Origin: a virus
Strand: one strand, 5' to 3'
DNA length: 64,000 nucleotides
IMG/VR virus record: IMGVR_UViG_3300045988_115474
The notes under the pieces are model-generated. The model searched no databases. It worked only from the letters and a program-made list of their open reading frames with translations, and was not told the origin of the DNA. Positions 17,098 to 23,914 of the stretch are shown here, piece by piece. The position numbers and the translations under genes were made by a program. How positions within the stretch are numbered: position 1 is the first letter of the stretch; each line of letters starts with the position of its first letter.

Positions 17098-17286
17098 ATG
17101 AGTATGTAGCAAGAAGAGTATAATTTGACTGATGAAGAACTTAAACAGTTGCTTTATGATATTCGACATCCGAGTATGGAAGCTGCTATACGTCTTGAAA
17201 AGATGTACAAAACATATTTATCGAATGTAGATGCTGAATATGATGGTGAATCAGAAGTGGTTGATTTTAAAGACTTGGATATTTGA
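17098..17286 (+). CDS. hypothetical protein whose best RBS-supported start (ATG 17098) is followed three codons later by an in-frame TAG (17107-17109); TTG 17125 is an alternative start
   Basis: GAGAGGTGTGGATATG AGT ATG TAG CAA GAA ...; the frame is then open to TGA 17284-17286. Confidence 0.3.
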
Positions 17287-17300
17287 CTGGAGTTGCAAAT

Positions 17301-17558
17301 ATGAATATTCTGAATTTTAATGGAAATGAAAATCAAAAAGGTAGAGATGGTAACGTTGTTATCAAATTAAATTATCAAGAACTGTTTAAGCTGAATAATA
17401 TTTTGTATCATGCTCAAAAAGGTGGTGAGATAAAGGACGCAGTAGACTTTGATATGCGAAGGAATTTCTACATGGCACTCAATTTGGTTCAATACGGAAG
17501 ACTTGATCTAATTTCTCTTGAAGCTATGTTAAAGCTTTATGAAAACAATAAAACCTAA
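17301..17558 (+). CDS. hypothetical protein
   Basis: In frame with ORF-track 17283-17558; ATG 17301 after CTGGAGTTGCAAAT. Confidence 0.45.
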   Translation: MNILNFNGNENQKGRDGNVVIKLNYQELFKLNNILYHAQKGGEIKDAVDFDMRRNFYMALNLVQYGRLDLISLEAMLKLYENNKT

Positions 17559-17579
17559 ATTCTTTGGAGGGAAAACTAA

Positions 17580-18065
17580 ATGATTGTTACTATGTATCGA
17601 AGAAAATGGAAATTTTCGGTGATGAGTGCAGAAGATGCAGAAGACTTTATCCGACAGCCACATTTTGAACGGATTCGATTTATCTCAATCACTGAAGCTA
17701 ATGGTCATCATATTGATTTCCATAAGTGTGAGGGTAATATTACTTTTCTGCCGTTAAAGTTTGATGATTGCACTACTGATTTAGAAGGTACATGTATTAC
17801 GGATGTTCAAGCTAGGAATATTGTGAAATTTGTCTTGGATAACCACGAAGCAGATAAGACCAATTGGTTCTGTGTGAATTGTGCTGCTGGCGTATCGAGA
17901 TCCGCAGCGGTGTGCGCTGCCATCATGAGAATTCTGTGTAATGACGATATGCCGGTGTTCACAAACAGCTACTTCTGCCCGAATATGACGGTGTACAGAG
18001 AGGTGTTGAATGCCTGGATTAACCGTCTGTCTGATGAAAATGGAAGTATTTCAACTGAGATATGA
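17580..18065 (+). CDS. Cys-based protein phosphatase-like protein (dual-specificity / PTP CX5R signature)
   Basis: VNCAAGVSRSAAVCAAI matches the C-x5-R-[ST] P-loop of PTP/DSP enzymes; GGAGGGAAAACTAAATG RBS. Confidence 0.5.
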   Translation: MIVTMYRRKWKFSVMSAEDAEDFIRQPHFERIRFISITEANGHHIDFHKCEGNITFLPLKFDDCTTDLEGTCITDVQARNIVKFVLDNHEADKTNWFCVNCAAGVSRSAAVCAAIMRILCNDDMPVFTNSYFCPNMTVYREVLNAWINRLSDENGSISTEI

Positions 18066-18203
18066 AATACTGTGGATGCAATGAACAAAGATTGATAGAA
18101 TCCGGGTTCTTATGAAAATGTTGGAAATTACTTGACTATGATTGGTTGTGCTGTTAAACTTTGCATAACCACAGAATGCGCAAGCATGGAATGAGGTGGA
18201 CTT

Positions 18204-18503
18204 ATGAATTTACAAGGACTTGAAAATAAAAAATGGGACTTTAATAAACAAGAGGAACTAGCTATCTCTTGGCTATTAAAACATGGCTTTGAGGTGAAAT
18301 TGAAAAAACAGTATACATCAAAGGATATTTATACGGTAACAAAAGATGGTATTTTAGATGAATTTATCTTTCCGAATAACCAGAAGAACATGAACGTTCG
18401 GGCTTTTATGGAAAGATATGAGAAAAATTTTGAAACAAAGAAAGAACTCATAAAATTAAGAGCAGAGGCATCGGCTAATGGTTTGATTAAAGAACGTAGT
18501 TGA
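18204..18503 (+). CDS. hypothetical protein
   Basis: ORF-track ORF; ATGAGGTGGACTTATG RBS. Confidence 0.5.
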   Translation: MNLQGLENKKWDFNKQEELAISWLLKHGFEVKLKKQYTSKDIYTVTKDGILDEFIFPNNQKNMNVRAFMERYEKNFETKKELIKLRAEASANGLIKERS

Positions 18504-18536
18504 TGTGATAAAAGTTAAGTTTTAGGAGAGTTTCAT

Positions 18537-18785
18537 ATGATTGCTACAGAGTTAATTAAGATTCTGGAAAAGCTACCAAGTGATGTTTTTATCGAAACGG
18601 ATAGCGGCTGGGAATGTGATGCAACAGAGGTGAATGCTGCTTATTATAGCAGTCAAAAAAATGTTTTGGTTTTAACATGGAAACCACAAGGAAACTATAA
18701 ATATTACGAGGAATCTCCAAAATGGGAGTGCGTGTTCTGTGATGTAGACAGTCATTCTCCGGTAGTGCTGCATTCTGATTTTTGA
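18537..18785 (+). CDS. hypothetical protein
   Basis: ORF-track ORF; TTTTAGGAGAGTTTCATATG. Confidence 0.5.
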   Translation: MIATELIKILEKLPSDVFIETDSGWECDATEVNAAYYSSQKNVLVLTWKPQGNYKYYEESPKWECVFCDVDSHSPVVLHSDF

Positions 18786-18813
18786 TAGAAGCTGAGTTCT
18801 AGGAGGGTTTTAT

Positions 18814-19062
18814 ATGCTGATATTTGAAAAGAATCTGTTTTATGACTGCACCAAAAAGGAGCTCGAAAAGATTTCAGAGGCCATCAAAGAAGACCAAAGC
18901 AATGGAGTGCTCACTTTTGGAATGGAGGCTATGAAAGTTCAGATTGAGCGAATCCGAGAACATTTCAGTGTTCCGGGGAAAGCATTTGATCGTGTATCTG
19001 CTTACAATCTTGCTAAAGAAGAATTATACGATGAAATTGCCGAACGATATTTTCAAATCTGA
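18814..19062 (+). CDS. hypothetical protein
   Basis: ORF-track ORF; TTCTAGGAGGGTTTTATATG. Confidence 0.5.
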   Translation: MLIFEKNLFYDCTKKELEKISEAIKEDQSNGVLTFGMEAMKVQIERIREHFSVPGKAFDRVSAYNLAKEELYDEIAERYFQI

Positions 19063-19088
19063 TAAAAACTAGGATTTGGGAGGACTAT

Positions 19089-19250
19089 ATGCAAGTTGGA
19101 GATAGAGTTTACGCTGAAGATTGGTGCGAAGGCATTATCGATGAAATCGACGGAGATACTGCCATTGTTGAGTTTACTACTTTTTGCGGAGGTGGCAGGC
19201 TCTCATTTTTATTGAAAGAACTTCAGTTAATCGAGTCTGATAAAAACTAA
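19089..19250 (+). CDS. hypothetical small protein (53 aa)
   Basis: ATG 19089 after TGATAAAAACTAGGATTTGGGAGGACTAT; 54 codons verified. Confidence 0.4.
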   Translation: MQVGDRVYAEDWCEGIIDEIDGDTAIVEFTTFCGGGRLSFLLKELQLIESDKN

Positions 19251-19269
19251 GATTTAGAAGGAGATAATA

Positions 19270-19422
19270 ATGGGCGTATTAGTAGACCGGGAAACGGCAA
19301 AGAAAGTCGAAAGAATCTTTGAACATCCAAACGAAATCTACTCTGTATATCTCAAATCGTCTGACGAAGCAGTCTGGCTCCAAGGAAAAGTTGAACTATA
19401 CAAATATTTAAGAAGCTTGTAA
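19270..19422 (+). CDS. hypothetical small protein (50 aa)
   Basis: ATG 19270 after TGATAAAAACTAAGATTTAGAAGGAGATAATA; 51 codons verified. Confidence 0.4.
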   Translation: MGVLVDRETAKKVERIFEHPNEIYSVYLKSSDEAVWLQGKVELYKYLRSL

Positions 19423-19449
19423 AACCAAGTTCTACGGAGGAGATACATT

Positions 19450-19647
19450 ATGAAAAAGTTCGTTGCTCTTTTTGAAGGTTGGAATGATAAACACGATCAT
19501 GAATGTATGTGCTATGTTATTGATGTGGATGATGACTTTGAAAGCATTTTGAGTGTTGAAGAACAGGCAGAGAGGATGGCTCGAAATGAATATCCTCATC
19601 TGAAAAGTTTTGAGACGCTTTACATCAAAGAACTGCTTAACAGATAA
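19450..19647 (+). CDS. hypothetical protein
   Basis: ORF-track ORF; CTACGGAGGAGATACATTATG. Confidence 0.5.
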   Translation: MKKFVALFEGWNDKHDHECMCYVIDVDDDFESILSVEEQAERMARNEYPHLKSFETLYIKELLNR

Positions 19648-19673
19648 AACTAATCTTTTAGGGAGACGATAAT

Positions 19674-19985
19674 ATGAAGAGAAGAGTTATAAAGGAAGTT
19701 AAATTTAGAGAGGTAAAGCGGTATATCGACAATAATCTTGGGCCAACTGAGTTCTTAGCTCTGTGTTATGACTTGTATGATTTTGAGCATGGAGTGAATA
19801 ATAAGCCGAATGGTCCATTCAATAAGACTCTGGATGTTCTTGGAATGTGGGATGAAACAGATTCTGTGGCCGCAGCAATCATGGACTCTGCGCACAAGAT
19901 GTTTGGAAAAATGGTGTTTATGCTGCTGGAAGACAATGTGACGGAATATCTGGATTATGATGCGGATTGTCTGCACCGTGATTGA
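19674..19985 (+). CDS. hypothetical protein
   Basis: ORF-track ORF; TTTTAGGGAGACGATAATATG. Confidence 0.5.
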   Translation: MKRRVIKEVKFREVKRYIDNNLGPTEFLALCYDLYDFEHGVNNKPNGPFNKTLDVLGMWDETDSVAAAIMDSAHKMFGKMVFMLLEDNVTEYLDYDADCLHRD

Positions 19986-20012
19986 TAAAACCAATATTTT
20001 AGGAGTGATATT

Positions 20013-20192
20013 ATGAAAACTTTTGATGTTTTAAAAGCTGGACAGACTATTGTGGCCGAAGACGGGGACGCAATGAAAGTTATTGATTATGATTTTTATG
20101 GGACAGGGCAGAAAATCATGTGCTTCATGTCGGATCATTGTGTGTATCCATCAACTGAGTTTAATGCAGGCGATTGGGAAATTGAAAGCTGA
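20013..20192 (+). CDS. hypothetical small protein (59 aa)
   Basis: ATG 20013 after TGATAAAACCAATATTTTAGGAGTGATATT; 60 codons verified. Confidence 0.4.
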   Translation: MKTFDVLKAGQTIVAEDGDAMKVIDYDFYGTGQKIMCFMSDHCVYPSTEFNAGDWEIES

Positions 20193-20219
20193 GAGGAGGT
20201 TTTATTTATTACTAATAAG

Positions 20220-20834
20220 TTGTTAATAAATCGTGAGCAAAGTGTTGCTATTGTATGTATAATGTGCTTGCTGGCAGGAAACCTAGTAGCGAAAACGTTA
20301 CCAAATGTTGGAACTGAAAGCGCGTATAGATATTATAAAGGTCAATTTACTTCAAATGTTGCACAAGCAACAAAAGAGGATGAGAATGACGAGCCTGTGA
20401 TCTTCGTAAAGGAAATCGTTGAGACGCGAGTTGTGAATTTCAGCCAGGGTAAACATGAACTCACAGATGACGAGCGTGCTCTTGCTGAACAGATTGTTGC
20501 TTGTGAAGCAGGTGCTGACAGCCTGGAAGGCCAGATGGCCGTAGCTCAATGCCTTTATAATTCTGCTGTGCTTGATGGCTTAACCATCCAACAGGTCTTC
20601 AAGAAGTATGGGTACAGTACCTTATATAATAGGAAGGTGACGGCAGAGAACGAACTGGCCGTGTCTATGGTGTTTGATTATGGCGCTAAAATTTCAGACA
20701 AGCCAATCCAATGGTTTGTGACCCCGGCAGCTGCTCCTAGCAGTTGGCACGAGCAAGGGGCAACGTTCGCGGGTAAATTTGGCGCACATAGGTTCTATTA
20801 TAATGCGAAGTTGGTTGTGGATGATGCCGAGTGA
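20220..20834 (+). CDS. SleB-type cell-wall hydrolase (Hydrolase_2 family) with an N-terminal hydrophobic segment; putative lysin
   Basis: ERALAEQIVACEAGADSLEGQMAVAQCLYNSAV matches the conserved core of SleB/CwlJ-type lytic enzymes. N-terminal VAIVCIMCLLAGNLVA is a TM or signal segment. Start ambiguous between TTG 20220 and ATG 20262. Confidence 0.5.
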   Translation: MLINREQSVAIVCIMCLLAGNLVAKTLPNVGTESAYRYYKGQFTSNVAQATKEDENDEPVIFVKEIVETRVVNFSQGKHELTDDERALAEQIVACEAGADSLEGQMAVAQCLYNSAVLDGLTIQQVFKKYGYSTLYNRKVTAENELAVSMVFDYGAKISDKPIQWFVTPAAAPSSWHEQGATFAGKFGAHRFYYNAKLVVDDAE

Positions 20835-20888
20835 ATGGTATCATCTAAAATTTTAAGCTCTTACAACAACAAAAAGATGTATAATATA

Positions 20889-20916
20889 TTGACTAAAACA
20901 AAATGGTGTGTATAAT
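20889..20916 (+). promoter_or_regulatory. sigma-70-type promoter (TTGACT-16-TATAAT)
   Basis: TTGACT 20889-20894 and TATAAT 20911-20916 in the gap upstream of ATG 20959. Confidence 0.5.
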
Positions 20917-20958
20917 ATATCTTGAAAGTTGTTTGTGCGAGCGGAAGGCGGTATTTCG

Positions 20959-21285
20959 ATGAGTGAAAAAAAGGTTTTAGGAGTTATACAGGCCGAGAGT
21001 TTTCTGAAATACATAAGAAAAAAGCGAGTGTGGGTCTGCTTTGCTTACAATGGTGTGGATGTTCACATGGTCTGCAAAAAGATGAACGACATTGGTGTAG
21101 AGACGCATGGGATTGTCAAAGGTATTGGTTTTTTTGGAAACGAAAGTCATGTTGAGTTGCGGAAAGAATGCCATGAAGTAAGGATGGTGGAGCTTAGGCC
21201 GGGCACTAAGGAAAAAGCCTACGAGATGATCTTCGATGATGCCAGTGTTTTTGTGTCAGAGAATCCTGAGTTGTACGGGCACTAA
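20959..21285 (+). CDS. hypothetical protein (109 aa), moron-like, with its own promoter
   Basis: In frame with ORF-track 20929-21285; ATG 20959 after GCGGAAGGCGGTATTTCG. Confidence 0.5.
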   Translation: MSEKKVLGVIQAESFLKYIRKKRVWVCFAYNGVDVHMVCKKMNDIGVETHGIVKGIGFFGNESHVELRKECHEVRMVELRPGTKEKAYEMIFDDASVFVSENPELYGH

Positions 21286-21304
21286 AAATATTTTCAAAAA
21301 CCTC

Positions 21305-21333
21305 TTGACTTCTGTGATGGTATCCTGTATAAT
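21305..21333 (+). promoter_or_regulatory. consensus promoter TTGACT-17-TATAAT containing the conserved GTATCCTGTATAATGTAGCTA element
   Basis: TTGACT 21305-21310, TATAAT 21328-21333; directly upstream of the MazF-like gene. Confidence 0.65.
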
Positions 21334-21376
21334 GTAGCTATGGAACGGAGCTACACCATCATAGAGGAGAAAGACT

Positions 21377-21796
21377 ATGGATAACAATATTGACCCGAAG
21401 GTCGGAGAGGTTTGGTTGGTTGATCTATCCAATGCGACAGGTCATCAGCAGCGCGGTATTCGACCGTTTGTTGTGACAAGCAACAATAAGCGTAACCTCT
21501 TCAGCCCAACAATCAAGGGGAATCCGTTATCTTCAAGAATATACAAGCGTTCTCCGGTTCATGTTCTACTCTCAAAGGAAGACTGTGATTTCCTAGAGGT
21601 TGACAGTATTGTTCTTTGTGAAGAGACTGATACCCTTAATAAAGGACAGTTCATCAAGAGACTTGGTGTCTTGTCGGAGCGTCAAATGAATATGATCGCA
21701 ATGGCAAGATGCAAGGATGAACCGTTTTTGCTCGCAGCATTCCTGAGCGGCGTACAACATACTATGGATTTTCAGAATTTTGCCGCATTTGCTTGA
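21377..21796 (+). CDS. MazF/PemK/Kid-family endoribonuclease-like toxin with a ~25-aa C-terminal extension
   Basis: KVGEVWLVDLSNATGHQQRGIRPFVVTSNNKRN...SIVLCEETDTLNKGQFIKRLGVLSERQMNMIAMA follows the MazF/PemK pattern (GxxxxVDxxPxxGxExxGxRPxVV...TxDKxRL). Strong RBS AGAGGAGAAAGACTATG. Confidence 0.65.
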   Translation: MDNNIDPKVGEVWLVDLSNATGHQQRGIRPFVVTSNNKRNLFSPTIKGNPLSSRIYKRSPVHVLLSKEDCDFLEVDSIVLCEETDTLNKGQFIKRLGVLSERQMNMIAMARCKDEPFLLAAFLSGVQHTMDFQNFAAFA

Positions 21797-21849
21797 TTTT
21801 TTATAAGGTTTAATGGTACACTACATATAATAAGAAGGAGTGTGCCACT

Positions 21850-22776
21850 ATGCTTACTGAAGAAAAAATCAAAGCTTTTGCCGAAAAGTATTCTGATAGA
21901 AGCGGTGAGTTTGTTATATCGACACTTAACCATGTCATGGATTACGAGTCCGAGTGTGGGTATAAGTTGTTTGACTTTACAAAAGATGATTTTGTAAAGA
22001 TGTTTGCCAAATACAATTGGGTGAACTCAAGTCGGTCGTTCAGAAATGTAAAGTCAATAATCACTGGCTACATCAAGAGTGAAAACTGTACAAGCATGTA
22101 CGACTTGGCTGAATTCTCAGAGGATGATGTGAGCTCAGACGACATGTACGAGGACAAGTATTTTGCGTCAGTTGATGAGTTTGTTGACTTCTTAGATAAA
22201 TACGAAAAGGCATATCAGATTCGTATGAACGTGATTGCTGCACTGTACTGGATTGGCCTTACTTCTGAAGAGGTTTCTAATCTGACGATTAACGATGTCG
22301 ATTTTGAATCTCGTACCGTTCTGGACAAAACTGATGTTGACGCAAGATTGATGGAGATCATCAAGCAGTGCTATGAAATGGAACAGTATGATGCCCCAAA
22401 CAAGAAGGGTTATAGAACATTTTGTGTCATGAATGGTGATTACATCCTTCGCAAAACAGAGGATAGAACTGATGCAGACAGTGATTCAAGAATATCTATA
22501 AACACAATTCACAGCTATTTTGTGCGGTTGAATGACATCCTCGAAAAAAGATCCAATTCAAAGACTTTGGATCGAAGACATTTGGTCAGAAATGGTGAGT
22601 ACGTGAAGGTCTACGACTACTGTAAGAACAATCCAGAATTTAATCTTGCAGAACTTAGTTTCGGAAATGGTAAAGACCCCCTTGCGAACATTATCGGAAG
22701 AAAGTGTAGCAAAGTAGCCTATGTTAGTTTCCGGCAAGGATACAAAGGTTGGGTTGAATACTTCCACAAAAATTAA
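21850..22776 (+). CDS. hypothetical protein (308 aa)
   Basis: ORF-track ORF; TAAGAAGGAGTGTGCCACTATG RBS; followed by a strong terminator. Confidence 0.55.
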   Translation: MLTEEKIKAFAEKYSDRSGEFVISTLNHVMDYESECGYKLFDFTKDDFVKMFAKYNWVNSSRSFRNVKSIITGYIKSENCTSMYDLAEFSEDDVSSDDMYEDKYFASVDEFVDFLDKYEKAYQIRMNVIAALYWIGLTSEEVSNLTINDVDFESRTVLDKTDVDARLMEIIKQCYEMEQYDAPNKKGYRTFCVMNGDYILRKTEDRTDADSDSRISINTIHSYFVRLNDILEKRSNSKTLDRRHLVRNGEYVKVYDYCKNNPEFNLAELSFGNGKDPLANIIGRKCSKVAYVSFRQGYKGWVEYFHKN

Positions 22777-22781
22777 AGATA

Positions 22782-22803
22782 GGGGCTTCGGCCCCTTAAT
22801 TTT
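22782..22803 (+). terminator. rho-independent terminator
   Basis: GGGGC-TTCG-GCCCC hairpin followed by TTAATTTT. Confidence 0.75.
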
Positions 22804-22810
22804 AACACGT

Positions 22811-22831
22811 TAGCTATATAACACAGGATAC
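22811..22831 (+). promoter_or_regulatory. conserved element, B orientation (TAGCTATATAACACAGGATAC)
   Basis: Exact 21-mer shared with 2380-2400; 33 nt upstream of ATG 22864. Confidence 0.5.
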
Positions 22832-22863
22832 AGAAAATAGTATTTGAATGGAGAATGATAACA

Positions 22864-23445
22864 ATGTCTGATTTCAAGAAATTTCGTGCACTGCTGCAGG
22901 ACCACTTCAATGAGATGGTGAAGGGCGAAAACCCTCTGTTTATCACCGATGCAGACGAGGATGAACTGTACAATCTGTATCTCGACAGCTTCCCGGCTGG
23001 CACGAATGAGTTGTTCCGCAAGCGCCGTGAATATGATTGCTCCTGCTGCCGCCGTTTTGTAAAGAATATCGGTAAGCTGGTGGCGTTTGATGCAAATCAC
23101 AATCTAGTTTCTATTTGGGATTTTGATGCCAAGTCCGACAAGTATCAGCCAGTCGTTGATGCGCTGGCCGATTACGTGAAGAGCCGTACAATTGTGAATC
23201 CGTACTTCGTCAGCCGCAATATGATCGGTTCTGGCAATATGTTCGGCACTGAGATGAACTTCGAGTACGACGAAAACCATAAAGATGTACGCACTTGGGA
23301 TCATTTCGCAGTCAAGATTCCGCAGCGTTTCATTATCAGCGGAGATGACCAGCTGTCCGGCGTTGGGTTCTCTGAGACGAAACATGATTCCTTTGTTGTC
23401 AAGGTTCAGGGCGCTACTGAGCGGGTTATGAAAGTTGTTGTTTAA
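22864..23445 (+). CDS. hypothetical protein
   Basis: In frame with ORF-track 22855-23445; ATG 22864 sits 9 nt after TGGAGAA. Confidence 0.5.
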   Translation: MSDFKKFRALLQDHFNEMVKGENPLFITDADEDELYNLYLDSFPAGTNELFRKRREYDCSCCRRFVKNIGKLVAFDANHNLVSIWDFDAKSDKYQPVVDALADYVKSRTIVNPYFVSRNMIGSGNMFGTEMNFEYDENHKDVRTWDHFAVKIPQRFIISGDDQLSGVGFSETKHDSFVVKVQGATERVMKVVV

Positions 23446-23459
23446 GAGGAGAAATTATT

Positions 23460-23843
23460 ATGGAAAAGAATCTGTTTGAAATTGCAACCCGTAATCGCTA
23501 TCGCTTCAACTATAAGGGTATTATGACTGTTGAAGATCTGTGGGATCTGAGTGTCGAGGCACTAGATGCGATTTTTAAGACCCTGAATCGTCAGAAGAAG
23601 ACCGCAGACGAAGACTCCTTGCTGGCTGTTAAGAGTGCCGAAGATACCGAACTGGCAAACAAGATTGAGCTGGTCAAGTATATCGTGTCTGTCAAGCTGG
23701 CTGAATCTGAGGCTCGTGTGGATGCAGCCGAGAAGAAGGCGCAGCGCGATAAGATTATGAAGATTGTGGCAAAGAAGAAGGACAAGGAGCTGGAAGATAT
23801 GGACGTAGACCAGCTGATGAAGAAGCTGGAAGAGTTGAACTAA
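23460..23843 (+). CDS. hypothetical protein with Lys/Glu-rich helical C-terminus
   Basis: ORF-track ORF; AGAGGAGAAATTATTATG RBS. Confidence 0.5.
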   Translation: MEKNLFEIATRNRYRFNYKGIMTVEDLWDLSVEALDAIFKTLNRQKKTADEDSLLAVKSAEDTELANKIELVKYIVSVKLAESEARVDAAEKKAQRDKIMKIVAKKKDKELEDMDVDQLMKKLEELN

Positions 23844-23914
23844 AATAGACATTTTTATAAAGAATTGGAAATGAATAAATAACGATAATGCGTTAAGTAA
23901 AAGGGGAGAAAACA

